A stretch of DNA of 64,000 nt. Origin: Vicugna vicugna. Lineage: Eukaryota. The notes under the pieces are model-generated. The model was not told the DNA's origin. It did no database searches and worked only from the letters and a program-made list of their open reading frames with translations. The stretch is taken from contig MU061544.1 in the NCBI GenBank assembly GCA_013265495.1, positions 62,001 to 126,000 on the forward strand. Direction: 5' to 3'. The position numbers were made by a program, and so were the translations under genes. How positions within the stretch are numbered: the first letter of the stretch is position 1; each line of letters begins with the position of its first letter. Of the stretch, positions 1 through 13,328 are shown piece by piece.

Positions 1-800
1 TTTGCAACCACTGATACAATTATTGATTTGGGCAAGAATCATCAACAGATGCTGAAACCATTAGGTGAAATGTTGTAGGGAAACAGGATATTAATATCGT
101 CTCATAGTACGAAGCCACAGCTGCTTATTAATTACAATGGATAAAAATACCTCTACAACGAAGAGAACTAAAAGACACCACTTTAATTCAGTTTTCAAAG
201 TAGCATACCCAAAGTGGGACAAAGTGAAATTATGTGTTTTCTGATACCCTATAAGTGCGCATTACATTTATAGAATTCTTAAAAGGCAATATTTGACATG
301 TATCTAATCACGAGGAAACATTTGGGTAAATCAAAGTGGGGCATTCAATAAGACAATTGACCTGGTCTCTTCAGAATATCACTATCATAAAAGACAAAAA
401 GAGTTGGTGAGAATTTTCTAGATTAAAAGAAGTTAAAGAGACATGGCAACCAAATGTAGTAAGTGATCCTTGATTGGATCTTGGGCCAGAAACAAAAATT
501 AGTAAAAGAGTATTTGGAGAAATTCTGGAAATTTTGTCTAGGAACTCTGTGTTAACTAAAATTATTCTATCATTAAACTCCTCGGGAGTGAAACTAGTCT
601 GGGAGTTACTGCTAGCAGGAGAATGTCCTTATTCTTAAGGGGGATACAGGATGAAGTATTTATGATGTAATGTCATGTCTATAATTTCATTTCAAATGGT
701 TCAGTCAAGATGATGACATAGATGTAGGAATAGTTACAGTAAATATGGAAAAATAATTTTAAATAGTCGGCTTCTGATGAAAGATATTACTATTATGTTG
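1..800 (+). mobile_element. Ancient L1 3'UTR (L1MC/L1ME-like)
   Basis: Characteristic ggcaagaatcatcaa..gatgct, atctaatca.gaggaaaca and gatccttgattggatc motifs. Confidence 0.75.
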
Positions 801-1487
801 TAGTGCTCTTGGATTTTCTTAGCTGCACAGTTACAAAATGTAGTCTTAAGACAGATCTGCCATTTTCCACAGCATACGTGGATTATACAGTGAGAAAGAG
901 TTTCATTTTATCTTTAAATGTTAAAGAAAAATTAGTCAGGCACAGCACTCCATACTATAAATAAAAATAAAATAAAAAAAAGGTGTCTGGAAAGGGTTCT
1001 AGAAAGAAAAGGAGAGATAGTATAGCAGACATTCAGAAGTGAAGGAACACTATGTGGAGAAAAGGAGAAAAAAGAAATTTGCACTGCTTGTTCTCATGTT
1101 ATGCTCCATGAAGACAGGCATTTTTGTATGTTTTATTCACTACGTTATCCCAACTCTCTATAATAGTGCTGCCACAAATTAGGTGTTAAATGCCTGATGT
1201 GTGAAAGGTTGTGGAGCTGCACTAGCTGCCTTATACATGCTACCTCATTTAAAGTTATACAACACATCTGAAAGAGAGCAGAGAAAGCAAAGCGACAAGA
1301 CAGACAGAGGGCACATTAGGAAGTGAGAAGCCCTATTTTACATAGGACGGAAGAGAGCGTCAACTACGTGCTGGGAACAGACAGGAGCAATGGTACAAGT
1401 CTAGCTCTGTTCAACACCGTAGCCCAGACATCAAGCCCACAGCCCCTGTAAACAGCATCTAGTCCTTCCCTTTCAATTTAAAAGGGA

Positions 1488-1897
1488 GTGAAAGTCTGAC
1501 AGAGAAAGACAAATATCACATGGCATCACTTATATGTGGAACCTAAAAAAATGATAGAAATGAACTTATTTACAAAACAGAAACAGACTCACGGACATAG
1601 AAAACAAACTTATAGTTCCCAAAGGGGAAAGGGGGAGGGGAAAATTCGGAGTTTGGGATAACAGATACACACTACTATACATGATACAGATCAACAACAA
1701 GGACCTACTGTAGAGCACAGGGAACCATATTCAATATCTTGTAATAACCTACCACGGAAAAGTACCTGAAAAAGAATATAAGTACATATTCACACGCACA
1801 CAAATATATATAAAACTGAATCACTTTGCTGTACACCTGAAACTAACATAACATTGTAAATCAACTATACTTCAATTTAAAAAAAGCTAAAAAAATA
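1488..1897 (+). mobile_element. 5'-truncated artiodactyl-type L1 3' end
   Basis: gacagagaaagacaaatatc ... aactgaatcactttgctgtacacctgaaactaac ... followed by an A-rich tail. Confidence 0.9.
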
Positions 1898-2109
1898 CAG
1901 TAAAAGAAAGGAAGCACAGAAGTAGGAATCTGTGTTTATTAAGGTAGTACAGCTATTAATTGAAGAACCTAGACAATGCCCTATGGTCTTTACCTTACTC
2001 TACATAGGAGATAAAATTCCGCTTGTCTTTGCTAATAAGGGAAATGACCTATCATAGAGAAAATGATTCTGACTTTAGAATTAGATGTTCCTGGGTTCAA
2101 ATCTTAATT

Positions 2110-2362
2110 CTGCTACGAATGCTGCATCATTGTCCACAAGTATTTAAGTAATTACTTTATACATTTCATGCTTTTACTCAAGGATCCAAGCTAAAGGAGG
2201 ATCCTTCTGAAGTGTTTTCATGATCACCAAGGCAGAGGGTGAGGTGAGCCAAAGCATCTCACACGGATACACACCATCTCGGCCTACTCTCATTGAGCAG
2301 AGCTTAAGCAGAGATATGGTTATTAATCTTCAAGGAGATGTGGATGCATCATTTTCCCATGG
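2110..2362 (-). pseudogene. hAT relic segment 7: C-terminal dimerisation domain
   Basis: Acceptor ttctctctcttctgaaAG. Reads ENDASTSP*RLITISLLKLCSMRVGRDGVYP/..DALAHLTLCLGDHENTSEGSSFSLDP*VK, resembling LQND....SLLEFW...YP.L...A..L.....E..FS....K. 3' limit approximate. Confidence 0.6.
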
Positions 2363-2759
2363 CTTTCAGAAGAGAGAGAATCAGAAACCAGCAATCATTT
2401 GCAACATGTGACACGAGGGTCACCTGATATGAATTCATAGAAGACTTACACAGAAAATCTAACCAGAAAAATCCAGAGGAATATTCCTTTATATCAAGAA
2501 TACTTTGTACTTAATAACTTTCTCAAGTGTCTTTATCCAGATATTTTTAAGAGTAAGAGTAGACAAGAATTTACTGCCTGTTCCTTGACCTCAAAAGATC
2601 AACCCCATGCTAATAGACCTGATTTGGAATCAATGGTCATTTAGGAAATAAGTAGTAAAATCGTCATGAGTCTTTCAATCCTCCAAACAAAGCTACAAAG
2701 TCAGGATGCCCATCTAAACCAAAGAAGAGCTGGATTAATCCAATATCCTCTCTTACCTG

Positions 2760-3590
2760 CTTCCATGCTGCCACAGATGCAGCCTACCATCCACACCTTA
2801 GAGAGAGGCATCTTCTAAAAGTATCCATCAGATCAAGTCACTCTTCTGCTCAATATACTCCATAGGTTGCCCAACTCAGAATAAAAACCAAGCTCACAGT
2901 GTCTACAAGTCACCGCACATTGTTCTGTCTTCCCTAATCCCCACTCTTCTCTATTCCCACCTCCTAATTTTTACTGCTCTCTCGCTCTCACGCACTTGGC
3001 TGCAGCCACCTTTAATCTCCTTGCTGTTCCTCAAAATAATTCCCCTCTCAGTGTCTTTGCACTTGCTATTATTTCCACAAAAAAAAGATTTTCCCCTTGA
3101 CCATGGATTCCCAAACTTGAGCTGCATTAGCAGCACATGGAGGGCTTGTTAAAATACTGCTGGATCCCACCCCCAGAGCTTCTGATTCACTAGGTCTAAG
3201 GTGAGAATCAAGGATTTGCATTCCTAGCAAGCTGCCAAGTCATGCTGAGGTTGCAGGTACAGGGATTTTGGTAACTACCCCTCTATACAGTCACATGTCC
3301 TACTACCTTCTTGATATTCCCTAGTTTATCCTTATCAGGAGACATTCTCTAACATCCTCTATCAAAAAAAGAACACACACTCAACAGTCTTTATTATCTT
3401 GTTTTATTTCATTTTTTCTTCATACAATTTACCAACTTTCCTATACTTTCCCTCTTTCTCATTCACACCAGTCAGAAATCTAGCTCCATGAAAAGAGGAA
3501 CCTTGTCCATTTTGTGCACTACTATATCCCAAAGCCCAAGTCAACATCTGACACATAGAAGGCACTCAAAAAATATTGGTTGAGTCAAAG
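2760..3590 (+). mobile_element. L2 3' region interrupted by MER5A
   Basis: L2 motifs (tcactcttctgctcaa, ctccttgctgttcctc, agctccatga, gacacatagaaggcactcaa). Confidence 0.75.
3101..3280. mobile_element. MER5A (hAT-Charlie MITE)
   Basis: ggagggcttgttaaaa..ctggatcccacccccagag.ttctgattca core. Confidence 0.8.
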
Positions 3591-3734
3591 ACTTAGTAGA
3601 AAAATTGGGAGACCATTCCCAGTGAAATCTGGGAGGAACTGTTGCTCCAAAAAGAAAATACGAAGATGGAGTAAAGCACATGATGATGAGCTTTAAATGA
3701 AAAAGAAATCAAATTTAAAATGAAAGATGATTAC

Positions 3735-3897
3735 CTTCTATGGAATTTTTAAGAAGCTTTTGACTACCATTATTTTGAGGGAACAGGGAAGACAGATTAT
3801 GGTCTCCATTGTACGCAGATTTTGAAGAGTGTTATACAGGGAGCCCATTTAATGATCGAGATCAAGAAACTGGTTGTAACTGTTTAAGAGACTGAAT
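3735..3897 (-). pseudogene. hAT relic segment 6
   Basis: Pyrimidine tract cttctttt, donor AAG|GTAATC. Reads (R)FS/LKQLQPVS*SRSLNGLPV*HSSKSAYNGDHNLSSLFPQNNGSQKLLKNSIE. The surviving AG gives a start at 3891; the motif suggests an original start near 3897. Confidence 0.55.
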
Positions 3898-4208
3898 AAA
3901 AGAAGCTCCTATATGTCCAAATAATCTGAAAATGGCACAGCAATCACTGAGTTGGGGGAGGGATTCCGACAGGAGAGGGGAGAAAGGATTTCCCACCTTC
4001 CGCATCAGCCCACTGAGTTGTTTAAATTTATATTTTAATCACAAAAGTAGTTCACACAATACATGCCTATCATACTTGCAAAACATGTGCCAGAGCTATG
4101 ATTACCACCTTGATACCCAGAACATTTCCCAAATGGAACCCATTCCACACAAGGCAAGAATGATCAGACATGTTCCATGGAGTCCAACTACATGAAAGAG
4201 TCACATTG

Positions 4209-6345
4209 TATTTTTTTAATACATTTTGTTAGTTTAGAATAATTTTAGATTTTCAGAAAAGTTGCATGACAGTACAGAGAGTTCTCATACACTCCACATG
4301 TAGTTCCCCCCGTTATTAACTTCACTCTTATTAACTGAAGTTCATATTTACTCAAATTTCCTTAGTTTTTACCTAATGTCCTTTCTACGTTCCAGGCTCC
4401 CATTCGTATTACCATACTACATTTAGTCCTCACGTGTCCTTGGGCTCTTTCAGCTTCCGCTACTTTCTCAGACTTTCTTGTTTTGGATGAGCTTAGCAGT
4501 TTTGAACAGAACCGATCAGCTATTTTGCAGAATATCCCTCAACTTGGTTTTGCCTGCTGTGTTTCTCATGATTAGACTGGAGCTACGGTTTGTGGGAGGA
4601 AGACCACAGAGGGAAATTACCATTCTCATTATATCGTATCAAGGGGTCATGCTATCATCATGCCTTATCATTGCTGATGTTAACCTTGACTACCTGGCTG
4701 AGGTAGTGTTTATCAAGTGTCTCCATTATAAAGTCACTCCCCCCGCCCCCCCAACTGTAAATTTTGGAAGGAAGTCAGTATGCACAGCCCATACTTAAGG
4801 GGTCTATAGTTACATGCCACCTCCTTGAGAGGGAAAAATCCATAAAAATTATCTGAATTCTTCTACACGGGATATTTGTCTATTCTCTCCCATGAATTTA
4901 TTCATTCAGTCATTTATTTCAGTATGGTCTCGTGGATTTTTTAATACTTTGAGTTATAATGCAAGACTGCATTGTTTATTTTGTGGGGAGCTCTTTCAGC
5001 TGGCTTCTATATTACTGTGACATAACTGCAATGTTGTGGTTTCTGTGTTTTTGTTTTCTACATTTCCTTATTTTATGGCACTACAAGATGCTCCAGGTTC
5101 ATCCATTATGGTTCCTGCCCCATTCCTAAAATCAGCCATTTCTCCAAGGATCCCTCATTCCTTTTCTTGGGGGGTGATATTAGAAATCAAGATTTGGGCA
5201 CTGAGTGTGCTCATTGCTCCAGGACAGCTATTATTTCTAGGCCCTCTCAGCTGACAAAGCAAGAAAATATGTGTGTGCACTAAAGCATAGATATATCCAT
5301 ATTTATAAATATTTCTATATATATCCATTTGTATGTACAGTAAATGTGAGTTCACACTAACGTCTCCAACTCTAATCTAGTGCCAAATGGGTTATTCTAG
5401 ACTTTCCAACTTGCTTATATGTACCCAAGATCTCCAACAGTGAAAAATCAGGGTGCCCCAGTCCACCATCCATTTACCTAACTGTTCAATTCTACTAGAC
5501 ATGTAGAGCAGTTTAGAAATGTTAACCCTTACCCCAGGGGAAACAACTTTATTAACTATCATAAAGTGCCAATATTCAGTTCCTTTTGCCTTTAGTCTTA
5601 ACAGTCACCACTCATTTCCAAAGCTACTCAGGTTGGCATCTCCCACTCCCCAACTTCTTCAACAAGATTATCTCATGTATTAGTAATACAGATTCTTTTG
5701 TCACAGTATGCATTTTTTTCTGGGTGTCCCCTGACCTCTTGAGTGATTTTTTTCAAATTTCTGTACATTAAGGTTCACTCTTTGTGCTATAAAATTCTAT
5801 ATTCGTCAAAGGCACAGTCTCATGGGTCCACCACTACGTATTACACAGACTAGTTTCACCATCCTAAAACATCCCTCGTGTTCACCTCTTCAACTCTCTT
5901 CCCTTCCCAGATTCTGGGGGGCAAGTGCTATACTGTTCACCATCTCTACAGCCTTGCATTTTCCAGAGTGTAATAGCAATGAACTCATACAGTGTATAGC
6001 TTTTGCAACTATCTTTTTTCTACTTAATAATATGCCTTTATGATTCAGCCATATCTTTGCTTGCATTGCTAGCTCATGCCATTTTATCACTAAATAGTAT
6101 TCTACTATAGAGATGGACCACATTTCATTTATCTCTTCTTTTTTTGAAGGACATCTTGGTTGCTTCAACTTTTTGGCGATTATGAACAAAGCTGCTATAA
6201 ACATTCAAGCACAGGTGTTTGCATGGACAGAAGTTTTCAAATCAGGGAAATACCTATAAGCCTGCTTCTGGATGATAGGGTAAGACTATTTTCAGCTTTG
6301 CAAGAAATTGCCAAACTATCTTCCAAAGTGGCTGTATCCACATTA
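4209..6345 (-). mobile_element. L1MC/L1MD-like 3'UTR plus ORF2 C-terminus
   Basis: ORF 5890..6204 (MFIAALFIIAKKLKQPRCPS) is the L1 ORF2 tail, followed by a long L1M 3'UTR. Confidence 0.88.
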
Positions 6346-6466
6346 CATTTTATTACAAAGGAAAAAAAAAACTGCTCTGATGTTTAGCCTTTGCAGGTGG
6401 ATGTCATAATCATGGAAATGGATTCATTAATAACAATGGATTGAATAAGGCATATTTCAGGCTCAC

Positions 6467-6690
6467 CTCATGGCCCATTCATCACAGAGCACTGCCAACA
6501 TACTCGATCTGAATGTGTCCACCCAAGACTCAGCTTCTGATGTTGAGGTAATTTGGCCTGTAGCCAGATGGTATGAAATGGCTTTGTGCATTAGTAAGGT
6601 AAAAAGTTCTCGAGCCCAGCACTCATTAATTGTCAGCTTCTCGGGAAGTCGTGTGTTTGAAGGGAGGACCATGAAACTCCTTATTCTGCG
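6467..6690 (-). pseudogene. hAT relic segment 5 (224 nt, frame fully open)
   Basis: Acceptor ctgctgtAG, donor GAG|GTGAGC. Has 74 open codons, RRIRSFMVLPSNTRLPEKLTINECWARELFTLL...DTFRSSMLAVLCDEWAM(R), overlapping ORF-track entry 6463..6672. Confidence 0.68.
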
Positions 6691-6929
6691 CTACAGCAGC
6701 GGTAACAGGAGAGATCAGTCTCTTTCACAATGAATTAGCTCCCCCAGCACTCAGCTCAATCAGGGAAGAAATGAAAATTGGCATTTCTCAAATATGACTA
6801 ACATCTAAGGGATGTTCCGCCTACATCTGAGTTACAAAACCTCAGGTACTTCAGGAAGACAAGATCCATGTCTTCACTTGTTCCTTTTCCTGTCCTTTGC
6901 CCATCGTTTGGATTCTTATGGATTAAAGC

Positions 6930-7113
6930 TGCATTATTCAAACTACAGCCAGCAACAGAATCATTTGGAAGGCCAATTAAAACACAAATTGCTGGGATCC
7001 AACCCCAGAGTTCCTGATCCAGTAGGCCTCAAGGAGGGCCAGAGAATTTGCTTTTCTATAATGTTCCCAGATGCTGATGTGCTGATCCAGAGTCAACACG
7101 TTGACTAGTACTG
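6930..7113. mobile_element. MER5A
   Basis: agaatca..tggaaggc..ttaaaacaca.attgctggg..ccccagagtt.ctgat core. Confidence 0.8.
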
Positions 7114-7919
7114 TGCTAAGTTACTATGTTCCTAAGTCTTCAAAGTGTTTGGGTATTTTAACAATTTGTCTTTACCTAGTTTGAAATGTCACTAAATAAC
7201 TAAGTAGCCATTTTTGCTCCGCAAGTAAAAAGCAAAGTATCTGAATTCATTGGATGGCGATTACATAAAGGCAAGGAGAGAGAAATTAATCATTTTTTAT
7301 ACAACCAATATTATCAAATAATCCCATTATCTGCCATGGCTGGTCCTTATTTGAATTAGCTACTTGCTACAATGTTGATTATAATCTCAGTTTCCCAGTT
7401 CATGAGAACACAGTCACAGCCCAGGAGGTAGGTTAAGCTTAGAGAAAAAAAGTTGATTACATATTTGGACTCCTCTTTTTTTAAGTTCCCCTCACCTAAC
7501 ATTAACAGGCATCTCCACCTTCCACATTTCCTCTAGAGCTTGGACAGAGTGATCTTTTCTTTGCATCCATCACAATATATGCACTGAGACTTTTTCATAC
7601 TGTCTTACGTAAATTCGATAATGCTACCTTTTCACCTGTGATTTGTATCCTTTCTTCACCCTCTAAGATTTCCACTTTACCCTTCCTGTCCAAAGCGAAA
7701 TACTTCTTTTCTTGAAATTTTATCTTATATATTTTCCTCTTAAAGCCTCAATATATATTGCACAAAACAGATCTTATTAAATTCTTCTTTGACTAGATTT
7801 TTTTTTAAAAAAATCAGTATTTCTTGGGAAATCCTTACACATCAGTAAAATTAGATAGATTTTATTTATTTTGATGGATGCATCTAATTTCATTTGCTTT
7901 ACAAAAAAGACAACTTTGC

Positions 7920-9936
7920 TGAGCTTCACCATGGTGATGGCTAGGGTGGTGTGGTGAGGACCCACTACAGCAGCAACCACATGGGGAAGCTCAATGAGAA
8001 GACTATTCTTTCCCACCCGCCATCCTTACTCCACCCCATCTTGCCCCACCTCCGGTGTCATCCCCCACACTCCTGACCTCATCCTCCCCAACTCTGGCAA
8101 CAACTAATGTACACTTAAGAGATCGGTCCCCAAAGCATCTGACTTTGAAAACCAACAGGGCTCACATCCTGAGACCCACAAGTCTGCAGCAACCTGAGAA
8201 GCCGCTTTTAATGGACATGTGTACTTGGACTCACCCAGGGCAGCTGATGGTGCCCAGACTTAAAGTGAAGGAGGCTCACCTGATTATATTAAAGCATTGC
8301 CTGAGGGGCAGGCATCTGGTTTAACCCACACATCTAGGAGCCCGCTGGAACACTCTGTGGGGACACAGACTGGCAGGGCGCATCTTCACGCTGTCCCTTT
8401 GCCATGCTCCAAAACACCAGGATTTGCTAAAGGGGAGCCTTAGTTTGTGCCTGTTGCCTCCATTTTTGTGCTGCCACCAGAGGACGCCTCTTGATCGCCT
8501 GGCTCTGGAGGCTGGGAGCTTCAATTCCTGGCCCCATGGGACGCATTGGTGTCACCCAGAAATGAGCTCATACCCCCTGTCTGGTGCCCTCATTTTTGTG
8601 ACTGCTGCTAAAGGATATGTGTACGTCACCTAGCTCTGGTGGCTTATGTTCAAGGGTCCCACAGGACCACACCCAAGGGGGAAAGAGCTTTTAAACAGCT
8701 ACGACCCCCAGGGCACTGCACAGACAGTGGACTGGGGCATATTTCCAAACTTTCTGTGAAGAAATCTGCTTGTCCTGGAACTTCAGCCTGAGGGCAGGCT
8801 TCAGGTTTGGTCCACATTTCGTGGCCTACAGAGCTGCTCTTGTAGAACCTAGGCTGTGGACACTTTCTTGGCCCTCTCCCTCTGCCCAGCTCCAGTTTGC
8901 CAATATCACCCAGAAAAAAACTTATACGCTCATCTGGAGCCTTGATTTCTGTGACTGCTGCTCAGGGGACACCTCCGGATCGCACGGCTCTGGTAGCAAG
9001 CGGGGCTTATGCTCGTGGTACCACAGGACCACATATATTTGCATAGCTTTAAAAGCTGATAGCTAGGGGTCTGGCTGCTAGTCAGCTTGAATCCAGGTGT
9101 CAAGCTCCTCCCTTTTGGGATACGGACAGGTTCTGACACATCTTCAACTACTGGGAACAATTCAAACTACAATTGGCTGCTAGGATGAGCAGAGCGGTTT
9201 GAGAGACAATCAGGAGGGGGCCGGGGGGGTTTGAATGACAAGGTTCACCTCTTCCATGAGGTCACTCCTTCAAGACTTGGAGGGGTGGTTGTTTCAGATA
9301 CTATATAGAAACCAACACAGAGAGTCAAACAAAATGAGGAAACAGAAGAATATGTTCCTAATGAAAAGATAAGATAAAATCTCAGAAAAAAAGCCGTAAC
9401 AAAATGGAGAGAAGTAAAAGTTATAAAGTTGCTCACCAAACTGGGAGAAGAATGAACAAAGTGAGAAACTTCAACAAAGAGATGGAAAATATAAGAAAGT
9501 ACAAAACAGAAGTCGCAGAGTTGAAGGATATGATACCTGAACTGAAAAATACACTAGAGGAGGTCAACTGTGCAACAGATGAAGCAGAAGGAAGAAATCA
9601 GCCAACTCAAAGACAAGACCGTGGAACTCAACCAATCAGAATAGTGAAAAGAAAAAAGAATTTAAAAAAGTGAATCTGGCTTAAGGGACTCATGGAATAA
9701 CAGCAAATGAACTAAGATTTGCATCATAGGGCTCCCAGAAGAAAAGAGAGACAAAGGAGCAGAAATCTTATTCCAAGAAGTAATGGCTGAAAAATTCTTA
9801 AACCTGAGGAAGGAAACAGACATCCAGATCCAGGAATCTCAGAAAGTTCCAAATAAGACAAGGAGAGAATATTAAAAGCATCAAGAGAAAACCAACGTGT
9901 TATGTACAAGAGAATCCCTGTAAGACTAGTGGCAGA
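7920..9936 (+). mobile_element. L1 5'UTR plus partial ORF1, 3'-truncated
   Basis: GC-richer 5'UTR with internally repeated units. ORF1 coiled-coil remnant NFNKEMENIRKYKTEVAELKDMIPELKNTLE in ORF 9404..9673. Confidence 0.85.
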
Positions 9937-9967
9937 TACCCCACATAGGAAAACTATGTCTCCTTAC

Positions 9968-10126
9968 GTTTCTCATTGCCTTTGTGTGTTAGTGGACTTG
10001 ATGTCACTTGATGCTTTCAGCTCTAAAATATCACGGTTCATGGCAAATCACTGGAGGTTTTGATTAGGGAGAGTGATGTGAAAAAGAAATGGCAAACAGA
10101 TACGTCTGTATGCTGGAGAAGAGAGT
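9968..10126 (-). pseudogene. hAT relic segment 4 (159 nt)
   Basis: Strong acceptor tgttctctttgcttccAG, donor AAC|GTAAGG. Reads TLFSSIQTYLFAISF/HITLPNQNLQ*FAMNRDILEL, in register with the Buster motif LAYL.DI..HLN.LN..LQ. Confidence 0.62.
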
Positions 10127-10826
10127 CTGGAAGCAAAGAGAACAAGCAGTATAACACGTAATACGTCATGCTGAGAGAACTGCTGAGCTTGTGATGGTGT
10201 GCTTTATGGAATATCATGTTAATCCATGTTTTCTTCAATGGATATTTTCTGATACTATTTCTGACTTGAGAAATATAAAGTTCCTATTTTAGTTTGTTTC
10301 TTTAGTTTCACAATGTTGTATTTTTAAACAAGTTGACCTTAATTTTAATTGTGAAATAACTTTGTTCTCCTTTATAATGGCCTACCCTACTTTCCATTCA
10401 ACAGATACTTCCATCTCAATTTTAGATCATTGCGATTTTTTTTGCCTACTTAACTTCTTTGAAGCCACCCTATACTTTAAAATACAATCCCATTTTTTTC
10501 TGTTTCTTACTTTCCCTAATGAATTCTATTTCTTTGAACTGATTTCTTTGTTTTAACTTTATTCATTCTAGATAATAAAATAACATGTTTCTTATCACTT
10601 TATTAAAGAGGCTTTGTATTTAAAATCACCAAACAATCCTTCCCTGTTTATCGTGATTCTGTGCAGAAAAAGATAAATAAATTACACCACGTATTCCCTA
10701 GAAGAAGGTTGAGCATTTTGTAAATTCATAACCCAGAAAACACGTAGAAATTTAAGTCCCACTTAAGATTCCTATCTGTTGTTTAGGTTGTTAAGTTGGT
10801 AAGTACTGTGTCCTCTAGGTCTACAA

Positions 10827-11032
10827 CAGGGGTAACTGAATTGTTTTTTGGACTAAATAGGAAATATTTTAGGTTCAGCAGGGTATAGGGCCTCTGTTGC
10901 GACTATGTAACTCTGCCATTGCAGCAGGGAAGCAGCCATTGGCAATACACAGTGTGTGTGGGTGTAGGTGCAATAAAACTTTACTTAAAAAAGGCAGGAG
11001 ACTAGATCTGGTCCACAGTTTACCGATCCCTG
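10827..11032. mobile_element. MER58A with 8-bp TSD
   Basis: Termini cagggg...ccctg; TSD gtctacaa (10819-10826) and ttctacaa (11033-11040). Confidence 0.85.
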
Positions 11033-11464
11033 TTCTACAATATCAAACATTTGATATATTTTTCTGTAAATGTTATTTCCTGTTCTGAAATAAAACAGGA
11101 AAGTGTTTAGCCATTAAATTATTTTTATATATAAACCTGAAAATTGTATTATTAGTATAATTTAGCACTCATATATCAGACATCCTTGTAAAACACGAAG
11201 TCATTATATGACTACAAAAAGATTTAACCTTCTGGAAGATGACAGTTTTACTCTCTAAACAATCAAAATGATAAATAATACTCCTTAGTTTTAAGACTGA
11301 ACAAGAAAAAATACATTTTTTCAGGAGTTGCAAGGCTGAAATTCCACAACTGATTTTGATTACTTTTCCCTCTGGCATAAATGGGAACGGGGAAGCCTCT
11401 GGATCACTTACATGTATATTTCACAAGCCTGGGCATAGTGCTAGAAACAAACAGAGGCAGTGCC

Positions 11465-11965
11465 TGTGTTAGTCAGAGATCATTTTGAGGAAAATGCAGA
11501 ATACAGTCAAGCAGTTCAAGTAAACAAAGAGTTTATTATAAAAATATAGGAGAATCTCACTGAACAGAAAATTGCAGAAACTATAACAGAGCCTCAAGGG
11601 GAATTGAAAATCAAAGATGTATTCTCTCAATTTCTCTCTCTTTCTGACCATATTTTTCCAACCATATTTCTTTATTACATATGTTCTACTGTCCTCTCTG
11701 AAGACTGCTCCCGCCTGAAAAGCTTTTAATGTTTGTTCCTTCATAATGTTGACATGTGCACATTTTCTGGCTTGCCATATACTCATTCTGGATCTTACTT
11801 TACCAGATCTTTCAGTTTGAGTGTTCAGTGTCTCTCAGCTACAATGACTGTCCCTTAATCAGAGATTCTGATTTCCTGCTGGCTGCCAATGGATTACTTG
11901 GCTTTGAGTTAGTTTCTCTTCATTAAAAAAAAAAGCTATAATCGAAAAGGGTAGGGTCATGTGAC
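11465..11965 (-). mobile_element. Old MLT1 (MaLR) LTR
   Basis: Begins tgtgttagtcag, has an agtttatt motif, and ends gggtagggtcatgtg. Confidence 0.5.
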
Positions 11966-12134
11966 CTGATGCCAAAATTGAAGCCATTCTAGGCTGAATA
12001 AATTTCCTGAGTGAAAACTGAGGGCAATGAAAGAAAACAGACTGGTATCTCTGCTACAGACTGAGAATTAAGATTCCCACACTTGGGGGAGTTATTCTTT
12101 AAACTAAGAATAAGAGCTCTTTTAAAAGTAGGGC

Positions 12135-12178
12135 AAGGAAGAAAGGAAGGAAGGAAGGAAGAAAGAAATAAAGAAAGA
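12135..12178. repeat. (GGAA/GAAA)n purine-rich microsatellite
   Basis: Seen directly in the sequence. Confidence 0.85.
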
Positions 12179-13328
12179 TTGATTCTTGATATCAGTCAAT
12201 AGCTGAGAGGCCGGTATGCTGGGTGGGATAAACACAAGAACATTAAGCTTCCCAGAATGATCCCAGACCTAGGGGATAAGAAGGAAGTTGTGATCCAAGG
12301 TCAAAATCTTGCTGTGAGTGGATGGTGAGGTGCTTAGTAGGTGTTAACTAGGAGTAAGACCTGTTCTGAGAAGATGGCATAATAATGGTGGGGAAGTGAC
12401 ATCAAAGAGAGTGGTGTGGACTGTGAAAAAAATGAGGGGCCTATACTTAGTTTCAAGAGGAAGAGTGCCTTGGAGGAGATCTAATTATAGCCAAAGAATC
12501 TTCTAGTCATAATAAAGTGATTTCAGTCCTCTGTAGGACTTTTTCTTGCCTTTGTGCTTTTGGACAAACTATCTCATTTCCAGCAAATGTTTTTCCCAAC
12601 ATACTCATTCTCAAGCCCTAGGGAAATTACTAATCTCCTTTAAAACTATCCATACTGTTTATTTATTTACTTCTTAAGAATTAAGTTCTCACTGTGCCAC
12701 ATTCCCAAGCCACACTGTATATATGTATGCATGTATATGCATATATACAATTATTATATGATTATTAATTGAATAAATCCATTTATCAGTGTGACACTAG
12801 ACTGCAAGCTTGTGGATTAGGACTATCTCAGTCATCTTCTAATGCAATAACTTAGCAGGCACACAGTAGGTACTCAGGAATAATTACAAAAGCCCATAAA
12901 TTTAATTGGAGTGGACCAATTTTCACCTGGCTATAGAAGAGTGTAACTAGCCTGGCAGAAACAGACATTGGCGTCAGTGGCTTTGATGGGGCAGACACCT
13001 CTTTGGGTCTCAGTAGCAGTCAAGAGGTACAGACTCCATATGGCCAGTAGAGAGTTACATTCTTAAAGGAAAGGAAGCCCAAAGAATACTTTGGACAGGT
13101 AGTAGGAGGTTGGCTACAGTTCCAGAGAGAATCAGAGCCTTAGCAACAGCAGGTGATGGGGGGAAAAAAGGGCTCAGGTTGAAATACATAATGGCACTTT
13201 GGAATTACAAGATACAGAAGAGGGTCATCACACTGGGTGACATCCAGCAGGGACAGCATTGATATTGTTGGGTTTAGGGGTCTTTAGGATGGGATCTGAA
13301 TTGTGCACTAGAGGTGTAAAAATAAGGT

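Noticed and set aside
2220..2411. Plus-strand 63-aa ORF
   Set aside because: No recognisable product; best explained as the antisense shadow of relic segment 7.
6467..10126. TEX45/SAXO5-like reading in an alternative frame
   Set aside because: That frame has five stops in segment 5 alone, whereas the hAT-compatible frame is open there.
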